From the NCBI GenBank assembly GCA_938004065.1, contig CALKWM010000039.1, forward strand, positions 65,313-129,312: DNA of 64,000 nucleotides. Reading direction: 5' to 3'. This document shows positions 21,538 to 31,408 of the stretch, one piece after another. Source of the DNA: an uncultured bacterium (lineage in GTDB: Bacteria > Patescibacteriota > JAHJAL01). The translations under genes and the position numbers were made by a program. The notes under the pieces are model-generated. The model was not told the DNA's origin. It searched no databases and was given only the letters and a program-made list of their open reading frames with translations. Every line of letters begins with the position of its first letter. Position 1 is the stretch's first letter.

Positions 21538-21659
21538 CCATTTAACAATTTAGCATTTCCTTTAGATATTCCAATATAGCAATTGCATTCATAATTTTTA
21601 ATTTTGAATTATTCTATAGTATATTTAAATCAGACGAAACATATTTAAACAAAATCACT

Positions 21660-22238
21660 ATGAAGCATATCAAGACACTACATTTTTCCCTTGTTGTGTT
21701 TTTTGTGTTTTCGTTCGCCGGCTGTGTCCCTTCAAAAGTCCAAAAACCGGATGGTTCAATCCTCGACCAGTCCGTTATTTCGCAAATCAATCAAGACAAT
21801 TACTGGCAATATCTGACCAACGCCGATGATGGCAAATTTCAGGAAATCGAACTGGAAGCTTCTGATTACAATTGGGATAATTATTTACGATTGTGTGGCG
21901 GACTTTGGCCCCGTGGCTATGTTTTGATTGATGAATACGATCAGACGATATCCCAACAGACCGAGCTTCCCAGTTATCTAAACAATATTAAATCCCCGGA
22001 AGAAGCCATAGCTTACATTTACGCCACCAACTGTTATCTTTCTCCAGAGTTTGGTCAATACCGGCAATTTGTCAACAAACTTGATGACGGTTATCTGGTA
22101 TCGGTTATCGCTTACAATTTTATCGGTTGCGGCAATCATGCCCACCGGCAATTAAATTTTTCACTCAAACCCACCGGTGAGTGGCATTTGTTGAGTGATA
22201 TCAAGCTGGAAAAAGGAGAAGAATTTTGTGGAGACTAA
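21660..22238 (+). CDS. Hypothetical lipoprotein
   Basis: Signal peptide with lipobox FSFAGC. 192 aa. Confidence 0.45.
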   Translation: MKHIKTLHFSLVVFFVFSFAGCVPSKVQKPDGSILDQSVISQINQDNYWQYLTNADDGKFQEIELEASDYNWDNYLRLCGGLWPRGYVLIDEYDQTISQQTELPSYLNNIKSPEEAIAYIYATNCYLSPEFGQYRQFVNKLDDGYLVSVIAYNFIGCGNHAHRQLNFSLKPTGEWHLLSDIKLEKGEEFCGD

Positions 22239-22303
22239 ATTAATTACCAATTATCAATATCCAATTAAATCGCAAACAAAAAAATTTGATACGTTTGATA
22301 ATT

Positions 22304-22333
22304 TCCGCCCAAGGCGGATGCGCCTAGGGCGCA
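22304..22333. repeat. GC-rich double-hairpin REP-like element (ccgccCAAggcgg + gcgccTAGggcgc)
   Basis: Opposite-orientation copy of 13128-13160. Flanked by an 8-bp direct repeat (tttgataa at 22291-22298 and 22338-22345) resembling a target-site duplication. Confidence 0.6.
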
Positions 22334-22445
22334 GATAGGTTTGATAAGTTTAATTTATTTATTTATCAATATTCCCATATTTTCTCGCAATGTTTAGAAA
22401 GGCATGTAATAGTTTATACCAATTTTATTCTTAAAAAAATATTCA

Positions 22446-23051
22446 ATGAAAAAAATCCTGACCCTTATTTTATTTGCCTTAACCGGCTGTCAAATTGTTC
22501 CCACTTCTCCCGATTACGCCCAAAATCAACTAGGCGACTTATTTGATAACAGTGGTAGTGATTATGTTTCCGAATTAACCACCGACCCGGATGGTTTTGT
22601 CCGTTTTCCCGGTGAACCGACTCGGGAATCGAAAGATTACTATATAATTGAAGATATTTGTGGCCAATTTACCGCCGAATTTATCGAGGGAATTACCGGT
22701 CGTGAAGTGGTAAACGCTGAAAATCCTTTGTCCGATACCAACATTTACACCTGTCATTATACATTTGCCGGTGAAGACAGTGCCGGTTTATTGTTAGTTT
22801 TGGATTATTTGTCGATTGAAAATCAAAAAAAAGGTCAGGAAATGATGGATCGCACTACTAAAGAAGAACCATCAATCCCCATGCGGAACATGGTTGCATA
22901 CCAGGAAGATGGCAACATCAACACCATATATTTGATTTTGGATGACAATAAATTTATCACCGTTCATCGCGGTTCCGGTTCCAAACTGAGCAATGAAGAT
23001 GTTTTAGGATACGCTGTTAAAATTGCTCAAAAAATCAAGAATTATAAATAA
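22446..23051 (+). CDS. Hypothetical lipoprotein
   Basis: Signal peptide + lipobox LTGC. 201 aa. Confidence 0.45.
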   Translation: MKKILTLILFALTGCQIVPTSPDYAQNQLGDLFDNSGSDYVSELTTDPDGFVRFPGEPTRESKDYYIIEDICGQFTAEFIEGITGREVVNAENPLSDTNIYTCHYTFAGEDSAGLLLVLDYLSIENQKKGQEMMDRTTKEEPSIPMRNMVAYQEDGNINTIYLILDDNKFITVHRGSGSKLSNEDVLGYAVKIAQKIKNYK

Positions 23052-23065
23052 ACCAATTGTTCTAG

Positions 23066-23205
23066 TTTTTTTATCTGTCATCCTCGAATCGATCCGCCCT
23101 GGATGGACGATAACTTGTCCAGTGAATCTGTCCGGCGAATGCTTGTGATGCAGGATCGGGGATCCACATCAAATTATTTATCTTTATTTAGCACTACTCA
23201 TAAAT
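23066..23205. repeat. MITE-like intergenic element (same family as 3381-3635)
   Basis: tttttttatctgtcatcctcgaatcgatccgcc...ggacgataacttgtcc...ggatcggggatcc...tttagcactactcataaat. Ends 20 bp before the ATG at 23226. Confidence 0.7.
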
Positions 23206-23225
23206 AATTATTTTAATATATCTTT

Positions 23226-26039
23226 ATGAATATTTTTTCTAAATTTACTGCCACCTTTTTATTTGCCTCCATGATATTGAGCGTGGCCGGTTGTGACAAT
23301 GTCAGTAATCAGAATCAAATAATCTCCGGAAATAATCCCACTTCAGCAGGTGAATGGACTCCGATAGACAAGTCAGACGATCAAGCAATCACCAATGGTA
23401 ATTTGGCTCCCATCCCCGCTCCTATCGCTCCCCCGCCATTTTTTAACGCTGACTATGTGAGTTACGAAAGCAATGGCGATAGTATTGCCGGTTGGGATTG
23501 GCTACGAGACCGGGGGTTAAATCATTACGCCCAGTGGACCATCACCAATCTACCTACCAATTTACAGGAATTGGAACTGGATATGGAAGTACTAGCTACC
23601 AATAAAGTTAGTGGTGATCGTGGTTATGACGCTTACTTTGAACTTGATTATTGCCGTAACGATTCGGAAATTTCGGAAGATAATGGTGATATTTTTCGAG
23701 GAGAGACAAATCAACGCGGAGGAGATGCGGAAGAAAATGGCAATAAAACACCTTTGCCGGCCGGTATGTGTCATCAGACGGTTCATCTGGTAAATGTTTC
23801 GACATCAACCGATCCGGTCGGCTATACCTGTCGGGGCCAAGTTTTTATTCCCGCTAGCGCCATTGATAGCAATGGTACTTTAATCATCAGGGCTTATCGA
23901 GCCAATTCGGAAGACAATCATGTCGCTTTCAAAAAAGAATCAATTTCCAATTATTTCCCGGCCGGCAATGAAGGCACGCATTCCGGGGATCTGGACGAAA
24001 ACGGAAATTTAATTGAAGGATCCGACAATTCAACCGCCAACGAAACCGAACTTACAATTGCTGAACTTGATAGTGATGGTGACGGCGTCATCAATACTAA
24101 CGAGGAGTTATTTGGTCTAAATCCTAACAATCCCGACACCGATGGTGATGGTGTAACTGACAACAAAGACATTTCCGGTGCTATCGATCCTAGCGAACCA
24201 ACCGGTTGGCAGGATAAACAGAAAAAAGGCATGGTTCGCAATGAAATCGATATGTTGGCTTGGGGCATGGATGGTTGGGTGGAAAGATACGTCAAGCAAT
24301 ACTCAATTATTCCTCCCCGCTCCTGGTTAAACTACCTGGGTACCGAAGAAAATGAAGGTAGCAAAAAAAGTACCATGACCGAAGAATACTACAAAAAAGC
24401 AATTGATCTGGCTTTTAGTGCCGATAAAATGATTGCCTATGATTTTCAGGATATTAGCCCATCGGATATCGGTGTTGATGATACTGAAAAAACAAATGAT
24501 TATGAACACGAACACGACTACATATACAGTGCCAGTTTGCTTCACCCCAACGAATATCGTTTTTACTATGATGACATCACTGATTATACTCACGTTTCAA
24601 TCAAAAATAGTGAGGAAATAAAATATCCAAGTGAAGACCAATATTTCCGTTATCTGTTGCAACCGATTAAAATATATTCCCATAAAGAAAACAATTTCAC
24701 TCTGCAATTCAAAGACGCGCAACTTTACAATGATATGTATTTGCTAAACGAAAATAATTATCAACAACCTGGATTCATATATTCATTCTATGATAATGAT
24801 AATTTTGACGATGACAACAATACTCCGCTTGACGAAAATCTAGCCATTGCTTGGGTCATCGACAATGGCGTTTTTGAAACAACCATCACTTTACCCGCTG
24901 ACAAAGCAACTATCGGTGGCGGATTCTTGAAAATTACTCCGGTTTGGATCAAAAAACAAAATAACAAAGTTGAATATCTTCCCGCTTCAGTTAACTGGGA
25001 CTTAACCGGTATTTCCCGCAGCGTAACCTTTTTTAACAACGATCAGGGAAATATGAAAACTATGACCCAGGAGTTGGACAATATGGACAAATTGAATACC
25101 GACTGGCCGGCGGAAAATTTTGTTTCCGGGCAAACTACCAATCCCAATTATCATTTCTCATCCGAATGGTACGCCAATATCACCAAAGACCCGCAAGCTA
25201 CTCATCCTTATAGCGGATACGAAGCAACCAGAACTGTCATGAATTTTATCAATCTCGGTCTCAATGTTGACAACAGTGTAATTTCGATGAGTGAATCAAT
25301 CGAACTAAGCCGTTTTAACGGTATCGATGACATCGACCAATTGCCGGACAATCATTGGGCGCGCCAACCCAAATACAGCCAAGCTGTGGGTGCTTTTGCT
25401 CTTGTTGCCGGAGTTGCGTCAATTTCCAGTGATTCCTATGATGCTTACATTGCCGTAAAAAATGGTGAAGCGGTCGATGTGGCCTATTATTCGGCCCGCG
25501 CCACCGTTACCGGCATTAGTACCGCTTCCACTATGATTGGTATTGCCAACAGGACAGTCGGTTACACCGGCAAAGCCACTAAATTTGCCAAGCTGGCCGG
25601 CACCAAAGCCGCTGTTGGTTTGGCTGTTGCCGCCGGCGCCGTCGAGGTGGTTTATGATTCTTATCAACTTTCCAATGCCAACGATCCGATTGAACAAAAA
25701 ATCTATAAAGAAAAAATTGCTGCCGATGTTTTAAATACCGGTTTATCGGTTGGAGCGATTTTAGCACCGCATGCTTTGGCATTCCAAATTACTTGGACGG
25801 TCGAAGCCGAGATCTATGCTGCGATATTTGGCGAAGATTTTGCCTATCAAGTCGCCTCCTCTCCGGGAAGTGCCGCCGTATTTCTAACACAATATTTTAT
25901 TACCGGAGGTATTCCGAGTCAAATGGCAACCGCCGCCTATGAAGATGCTCGCAACGATATTTTTTACCAAATTGAAACCCATATGACTGGCGTGGGATTA
26001 CCGTTTATGACCATCTTTATCGATCCTGATTTGTCATAA
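23226..26039 (+). CDS. Large lipoprotein with thrombospondin type-3-like calcium-binding repeats and a C-terminal Ala/Gly-rich hydrophobic region
   Basis: Lipobox SVAGC. DSDGDGVINTNEELFGLNPNNPDTDGDGVTDNKD (TSP3/calcium-binding D-x-D-x-D-G). C-terminal roughly 250 aa rich in small-residue amphipathic/hydrophobic helices (AVGAFALVAGVASISS...AAVGLAVAAGAVEVV). Confidence 0.55.
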   Translation: MNIFSKFTATFLFASMILSVAGCDNVSNQNQIISGNNPTSAGEWTPIDKSDDQAITNGNLAPIPAPIAPPPFFNADYVSYESNGDSIAGWDWLRDRGLNHYAQWTITNLPTNLQELELDMEVLATNKVSGDRGYDAYFELDYCRNDSEISEDNGDIFRGETNQRGGDAEENGNKTPLPAGMCHQTVHLVNVSTSTDPVGYTCRGQVFIPASAIDSNGTLIIRAYRANSEDNHVAFKKESISNYFPAGNEGTHSGDLDENGNLIEGSDNSTANETELTIAELDSDGDGVINTNEELFGLNPNNPDTDGDGVTDNKDISGAIDPSEPTGWQDKQKKGMVRNEIDMLAWGMDGWVERYVKQYSIIPPRSWLNYLGTEENEGSKKSTMTEEYYKKAIDLAFSADKMIAYDFQDISPSDIGVDDTEKTNDYEHEHDYIYSASLLHPNEYRFYYDDITDYTHVSIKNSEEIKYPSEDQYFRYLLQPIKIYSHKENNFTLQFKDAQLYNDMYLLNENNYQQPGFIYSFYDNDNFDDDNNTPLDENLAIAWVIDNGVFETTITLPADKATIGGGFLKITPVWIKKQNNKVEYLPASVNWDLTGISRSVTFFNNDQGNMKTMTQELDNMDKLNTDWPAENFVSGQTTNPNYHFSSEWYANITKDPQATHPYSGYEATRTVMNFINLGLNVDNSVISMSESIELSRFNGIDDIDQLPDNHWARQPKYSQAVGAFALVAGVASISSDSYDAYIAVKNGEAVDVAYYSARATVTGISTASTMIGIANRTVGYTGKATKFAKLAGTKAAVGLAVAAGAVEVVYDSYQLSNANDPIEQKIYKEKIAADVLNTGLSVGAILAPHALAFQITWTVEAEIYAAIFGEDFAYQVASSPGSAAVFLTQYFITGGIPSQMATAAYEDARNDIFYQIETHMTGVGLPFMTIFIDPDLS

Positions 26040-26068
26040 ATATCCATTGAAAATGTATTTTACGATTT

Positions 26069-26097
26069 GGGCGAACTTTTTTTAAAAAAGTTCGCCC
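26069..26097. terminator. Bidirectional rho-independent terminator
   Basis: Perfect 14-bp palindrome gggcgaactttttt/aaaaaagttcgccc with T/A runs on both sides. Confidence 0.7.
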
Positions 26098-26191
26098 AGA
26101 TTTAAAAATTTCCCCAAATATCATCTATTCTTATTCATGAATAATTGTCCAAAAAAATGATACAATAAAAAATGTTAGCATACCAATACGC

Positions 26192-27985
26192 ATGAAGAAA
26201 AAAACTTCAATCATTTACAAAAAATGGCCTTGGATAGGTCAATTATTTCTTGCGTCCCATAGAACTTTTTTGTTTTTCATGGTTTTTTTTGTATTTTCAA
26301 ACTCATTTTCAAATCCTGCTCTTGCTACCGGTGGTATGGTTTTTACACCAACCCAAAAAACATTTTCTCCGGCTGAAAAAGAACACCCGGAGGTTGAAAC
26401 TCTCGGCTCAAAAATCTATTACGTCTGGCAAGAATATAACGGCAGTTTCAACCAGATCTGGACGGCCGAAATGAACACCGACGGCACCGGTTGGACTGCC
26501 ACCAAACAGACAACTACCGGCTACAATAAACAATATCCTCATATGTCCATCTCCGGCTCAAAAATCTATTATGTTTGGCAGGAATACGACGGCAGTTTCA
26601 ACCAGATCTGGACCGCCGAAATGAACTCCGATGGCACCAGTTGGTTAGCTACGAAACGTACTACCTCTTTATTCAACAAAACCAATCCCAAATTATATGT
26701 TTTGGGATCTAAAATATATTACACTTGGGACGAAAAAGACGCGGGCGGATTATCCCAAATCTGGACGGCTGAGATGAATACCAATGGCACCGGCTTTACC
26801 GCCACTCCTCGCACTTCAACTTTTTTCAATTCTTCACCTGACTTTAAAATTTACAACAATCAACTCTTTATTGTCTGGTCCAGATATGACAGCGCCACAC
26901 CCGGTTGGCACAAATTGATGTTATCGCAGATGAATACGGATGGCACGGGTTGGATGGAAAATGAACTTGATTCATCCAACTTTTGTGAATTTGTCGATCA
27001 AATGCCCAAAATCGAAGTCGACAATGGTAATGTAGTTGTTTCTTATTTGAAATGTGAATACTATAAACCCTTGTCCGGCTATTATCTCAACCAAAGACTG
27101 GGGGTGGTAAATGCCACATCAAACGGTTGGAAACATGAAAGACTAATTGAACCCACTTTCTCGACTATCGCCGATATTCAGATTTATCTGAGCAATGTCT
27201 ATGTCAGTTGGGGCTCGGCTTCGGACAATCAAATATGGACAGGGGTCTTGGATCTGGATGATTTTGAATGGCGTCCAACCATTCGTACCAATTCCGGCAC
27301 CATTAAAACCAATCCATCAATAGCAATTAACGATCCCTCAGTTTACTATACATGGTCGCAACAAGATGGCGTTGGAGACAATCAAATCTGGACTGCTGTT
27401 GAGACCAATCAAGATTCCATTGCCTCCAATACCAACGTTACCGCCACCGTGCCCAGCTATATGGTTTTCACTGTATATGGTATCAATAGTGGCACTGTCA
27501 ATGGCACCCCGGTCAATATTGTTTCTGCTCCCACCGACGTTAATTTTGGAATTATTAACGGCGCGAACAATCGTGTTGCCGCCCAGGAATTGGAAGTCAG
27601 AACCAATGCTTCCGGGGGTTACACCGTTACTATCCAATACACCGCCAACCTTTCCTCCGGTATCGACACTATCAACAACTTTACCGGTACTAACACCGCC
27701 CCCGCTCCTTGGAATACTCCACCCGGCTCCGGCACCGAAGGGTATTTTGGTTACACTACGGAAGATTTCACTTTGGGTACCGGCATTCCTGATCGATTCT
27801 CCACCAACCTCTGGTCCGGGTTTACGTCCGCTCCTCTCGAAGTCATGTACCACAACACACCGGTAGATGGTACTATCGCCGGTATTGGTGTTACCCGTAT
27901 CGGTTACCAACTGGAGATCACCAATTTCCAACCTAGCGGCACATACACCTCCGATGTTACTTATATTTGCACCCCGGTATATTAG
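26192..27985 (+). CDS. Secreted tandem-repeat protein (Asp-box/BNR-like beta-propeller candidate)
   Basis: Signal peptide. At least 5 copies of a roughly 45-aa repeat GSKIYYVWQEYxGSFNQIWTAEMNxDGTGWxATK with a DGTxW motif reminiscent of Asp-boxes. A Thr/Gly-rich C-terminal domain follows. Confidence 0.55.
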   Translation: MKKKTSIIYKKWPWIGQLFLASHRTFLFFMVFFVFSNSFSNPALATGGMVFTPTQKTFSPAEKEHPEVETLGSKIYYVWQEYNGSFNQIWTAEMNTDGTGWTATKQTTTGYNKQYPHMSISGSKIYYVWQEYDGSFNQIWTAEMNSDGTSWLATKRTTSLFNKTNPKLYVLGSKIYYTWDEKDAGGLSQIWTAEMNTNGTGFTATPRTSTFFNSSPDFKIYNNQLFIVWSRYDSATPGWHKLMLSQMNTDGTGWMENELDSSNFCEFVDQMPKIEVDNGNVVVSYLKCEYYKPLSGYYLNQRLGVVNATSNGWKHERLIEPTFSTIADIQIYLSNVYVSWGSASDNQIWTGVLDLDDFEWRPTIRTNSGTIKTNPSIAINDPSVYYTWSQQDGVGDNQIWTAVETNQDSIASNTNVTATVPSYMVFTVYGINSGTVNGTPVNIVSAPTDVNFGIINGANNRVAAQELEVRTNASGGYTVTIQYTANLSSGIDTINNFTGTNTAPAPWNTPPGSGTEGYFGYTTEDFTLGTGIPDRFSTNLWSGFTSAPLEVMYHNTPVDGTIAGIGVTRIGYQLEITNFQPSGTYTSDVTYICTPVY

Positions 27986-27998
27986 ATAACTTTCAAAA

Positions 27999-29075
27999 AT
28001 GTTTGCCTTTACCGTCAAAACTGATTCAACGACCGGAAAAAAAATTTTAAACCTGAGCTTTATCTCCATCAACCACGCTCTGGTTGACATGGTGTGTGCT
28101 TATTTGCTTTTTAGTGTAATAACCCAAAACCTCGTTGTAGACGATCAATTTGTCTATTTAATCATCTGGTACGGATTGTTGGCTTTTGGTCTGCAACCTC
28201 TGTGTGGATTGATTATAGATTACTATCAAATCCCGTATCAGGCCCTTGCACTTTCGTTGGGAGTGTTGCTCACCTCGATTTTGGCCTATTTTATTTCTCC
28301 ATGGCTATCAATCACACTCTGCGCCTTGGCCAATGCAATTTTTCATGTCTCGGCCGGCACCATCAGTTTCAATATCACTCCTCAAAAAGCATCCGCTCCC
28401 GGGATCTATGTCGGTCCGGGCGCTTTGGGACTATTCCTGGGAACATGGCTCGGACGTCATCATCCGGAAAAATTTTGTCTTATTTTGATTGCCATTTTAG
28501 TTTTATCAATTTTCGTTCTCTATCTGATACCTCCCATCAAGATAGATTACCAAATTAAAAAAATATCCCGAAATAATACCTTCTGGTTAGTGTTGTTGGG
28601 ATTGTTATTGGTGGTTGGTTTTAGATCAATTGTAGGCATGTCTTTGGTTTTTGCCTGGAAATCGGAGTTTATTCTAGCGGTATTGCTCGTAATTTTTGTA
28701 GTCATCGGCAAAATGCTTGCCGGTCTTGTCGCCGATCGTTTTGGCTGGCTAAAAACTTGTTTTATCGGATTGATTTTGTCGATACCCTTATTATATTTGG
28801 GCGCCGATATTCCATATCTGGCTTTCTTTGGTGCATTGTCGTATCAAGTCACTATGCCGGTAACACTCACCGCCGTCGCTTTGTTGTGGCCCGGTCGTCC
28901 CGGCTGGGCCTTTGGTTTACCTTGCGGTGCTCTAATTTTGGGTGCGCTGATAACTTTTTTCGACGTGGACAAAACACTGACCACCTACATTCCCCTCGTT
29001 ATTATCATCCAAATTGTCATAATCATATTTTCATTAAATTATTTTTATAAATTAACAAAAAACAATCATGGCTAA
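27999..29075 (+). CDS. Polytopic membrane protein (MFS-like transporter candidate)
   Basis: 358 aa with about 10 hydrophobic helices. No catalytic motif. Confidence 0.45.
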   Translation: MFAFTVKTDSTTGKKILNLSFISINHALVDMVCAYLLFSVITQNLVVDDQFVYLIIWYGLLAFGLQPLCGLIIDYYQIPYQALALSLGVLLTSILAYFISPWLSITLCALANAIFHVSAGTISFNITPQKASAPGIYVGPGALGLFLGTWLGRHHPEKFCLILIAILVLSIFVLYLIPPIKIDYQIKKISRNNTFWLVLLGLLLVVGFRSIVGMSLVFAWKSEFILAVLLVIFVVIGKMLAGLVADRFGWLKTCFIGLILSIPLLYLGADIPYLAFFGALSYQVTMPVTLTAVALLWPGRPGWAFGLPCGALILGALITFFDVDKTLTTYIPLVIIIQIVIIIFSLNYFYKLTKNNHG

Positions 29076-29250
29076 TTTTTTCACACTTTTGGCCGACATC
29101 CCCGCTCCCACCGGCACCGAAATGGTTATTTCATTGGGAGTCATCCTTTTTATAGCTATCGTAGTATTGGCTATTATGTTCTTTACGATTTACGGTTTTG
29201 TCTGTTTTCTCAATCGGCTCCCAAATAAAAAAACCCAAAATCGAAAATAA
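29068..29250 (+). CDS. Small single-TM membrane protein (hypothetical)
   Basis: 60-aa ORF with one strong hydrophobic helix, overlapping the preceding stop by 8 bp. Weak. Confidence 0.25.
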   Translation: MANFFTLLADIPAPTGTEMVISLGVILFIAIVVLAIMFFTIYGFVCFLNRLPNKKTQNRK

Positions 29251-29309
29251 TTCCTCGAGTATCCTTGATATATAGTATAATAATGCCACAATATTATAAT
29301 ATTTCGTTT

Positions 29310-30539
29310 ATGAAACTCTCAAAATCTTTTATCAAAACCAAGAAAAACGCCTCGAAGGAAGCGGACTGCAAAAACGCCCGGTATTTTGAACGAACCGGTA
29401 TGGTGCAAAAACAGATGGCCGGAGTATATGCCTTGCTACCTTTGGGCAAAATAGTTATGGAAAAAATTGAAGCCGTCGTTCGAGATGAGATGAACCTGGC
29501 CGACGGTCAAGAAATCAAAATGAACGTACTGCAACCAAAAACCCTCTGGGATGAGACCGGTCGCTTCGAGGAAATGAAAGATATCTTTTACAAAACTTTC
29601 GGTCGCAATCAAGAGGAATTGGGTTTGGGCCCCAGTCATGAGGAACAGGTGGTTGATATTTTTCGCAAAAATGCCGACTCGTATCGAGATTTACCGGTCA
29701 GTTTGTATCAAATCAATACCAAGTTTCGCAACGAAGCCCGCGCCAAATCAGGTCTGTTGCGTGGCCGGGAATTTACCATGAAAGATATGTACAGTTTTCA
29801 CATCGACGAAAAAGATTTTGAACGATACTATCAAATGATGAAACAAACATATTTAAATGTTTTCCGACGCTGTGGGTTGGAGGCGCAAATCGTACAAGCT
29901 TCCGGGGGCGCATTTACGGAAAAATTTTCCCATGAATTTCAAGTTTTGACCGATATCGGCGAGGACAAGGTCTATTGCTGTAATTGCCCGGAATTCAAAA
30001 ACAAAGAGATTTTATCGGATCAAGCATTGGATAAATGCCCCGACTGCGGTGCCAAAATTGAAATAAAAAATGGCATCGAAGTCGGCAATATTTTCCCGCT
30101 GGAATACAAATACACCAGTGCCATGAAAGTAACGGTAAAAGATCAAAAAGGGGCGGATCTGATGCCGATGATGGGCTGTTATGGTATCGGGATGGAGAGA
30201 TTGATGGCCACAGTTGTGGAGATATATTTTGACGAAGCCAACAATCTCATGCTATGGCCGACAGAGTTATCACCTTTTCAATTTCATCTGATTTCCCTCG
30301 GGCAAGATCAAGAAGCGGAAGAAATATATCATACGCTGAGAGAAAAAAATATCGATGTTTTATATGACGACCGCGAGGTGTCGGCCGGCGAAAAATTTGC
30401 CGATGCTGATCTGATCGGTTGTGGCAAGAGAATTGTCGTTTCCAAAAAATCATTGGCCACCGGTGGAGTGGAATTGATCGACAATTACGATCAAACAACA
30501 AAGATCGTCAAGCCGGAAGAGATAAAAAATAATGGCTAG
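29310..30539 (+). CDS. proS: Prolyl-tRNA synthetase (compact class II, no editing insertion)
   Basis: Class II motif 2 RGREFTMKDMYSFH. Anticodon-binding C-terminal domain. Internal Cys4 cluster CCNCPEF...CPDCGA. Start taken at ATG 29310 (MKLSKSF), consistent with the usual ProRS N-terminus. Confidence 0.85.
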   Translation: MKLSKSFIKTKKNASKEADCKNARYFERTGMVQKQMAGVYALLPLGKIVMEKIEAVVRDEMNLADGQEIKMNVLQPKTLWDETGRFEEMKDIFYKTFGRNQEELGLGPSHEEQVVDIFRKNADSYRDLPVSLYQINTKFRNEARAKSGLLRGREFTMKDMYSFHIDEKDFERYYQMMKQTYLNVFRRCGLEAQIVQASGGAFTEKFSHEFQVLTDIGEDKVYCCNCPEFKNKEILSDQALDKCPDCGAKIEIKNGIEVGNIFPLEYKYTSAMKVTVKDQKGADLMPMMGCYGIGMERLMATVVEIYFDEANNLMLWPTELSPFQFHLISLGQDQEAEEIYHTLREKNIDVLYDDREVSAGEKFADADLIGCGKRIVVSKKSLATGGVELIDNYDQTTKIVKPEEIKNNG

Positions 30540-30555
30540 AATTTAATATCGATTC

Positions 30556-30747
30556 CTAATTTAAATCAAATAAATCTTCGATAGTAGTCCCCAAGGTTTT
30601 GGCGACACGATACGCCAGCAAAAGCGAGGGGTTGTATTTACCTTGTTCCAAAAAAACAATTGTTTCCCGTCGGACTCCGACTTTTTTGGCTAACTCTTCC
30701 TGTGTCATTTGTTGGTCGGTGCGAATTTCTTTAATTCTGTTTTTCAT
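30556..30747 (-). CDS. YozG-like XRE-family HTH regulator
   Basis: [60 protein letters not shown] is closely YozG-like. Confidence 0.7.
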   Translation of the reverse strand: MKNRIKEIRTDQQMTQEELAKKVGVRRETIVFLEQGKYNPSLLLAYRVAKTLGTTIEDLFDLN

Positions 30748-30750
30748 ATA

Positions 30751-31299
30751 TTATTTACATTCTTGAGTTGGAGCCGGCCAGGATGGGTGACCATGCTCGA
30801 TCCATTGACCATTTTGACAGATCCAGTCGTCTTCACCACTTAGCAAACGCAAGCCTCCAATAATCATAATACCAATTATCACAATACCAGCAAAAACCCA
30901 GATTTCTTTGTTTTTGAACCACTGCAATTGATGATAAAATCGAAAAAACAAGGTATAGATTATCATCAAAAGACAAACGGAATAGGAAAGGGTAATGGAA
31001 ATTGCTTCATAGGACGGGTTGATGCCTTTTTGGGAGTTAAAAAGCAAAATAAAAACAACAGCGATAATGGCAAAAATATTTATCGCCCAGCGGGCCGACT
31101 CGCCGCTTACCTGGTAGTCGCGTTCGTCAGCCAGAATTTCGGTTGTTTTACTGCGTAAATAAAACAGGACGATCCAGGCAATGATTATTGAAACTAATGC
31201 CAAAAATAAATTATCAAAAATTACCGCTTGGGAAATGATGATACCTAGTACGATGGTGACGACAATTCGAGTCCATTTGTAAAATTTTGGAGTAAGCAT
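30751..31299 (-). CDS. DUF2975-like membrane protein (partner of the YozG-like regulator)
   Basis: 4-TM 182-aa protein immediately upstream of the XRE regulator with a 3-bp gap, the conserved DUF2975 + YozG arrangement. Confidence 0.5.
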   Translation of the reverse strand: MLTPKFYKWTRIVVTIVLGIIISQAVIFDNLFLALVSIIIAWIVLFYLRSKTTEILADERDYQVSGESARWAINIFAIIAVVFILLFNSQKGINPSYEAISITLSYSVCLLMIIYTLFFRFYHQLQWFKNKEIWVFAGIVIIGIMIIGGLRLLSGEDDWICQNGQWIEHGHPSWPAPTQECK

Positions 31300-31408
31300 A
31301 GCAATATTTGTTAGAAATAATTAACATCAATTTAATGTTATATATTTCTAACTTTGGTGTCAAGAATTTTAAATATTATATAGTTATTTTAAAATTAGCA
31401 AATATCAT

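Noticed and set aside
27338-28090. 250-aa ORF on the minus strand
   Set aside because: Lies entirely antisense to the well-supported 26192-27985 repeat protein and to the start of the membrane protein. Gly/Val/Ser-rich low-complexity translation typical of shadow ORFs.
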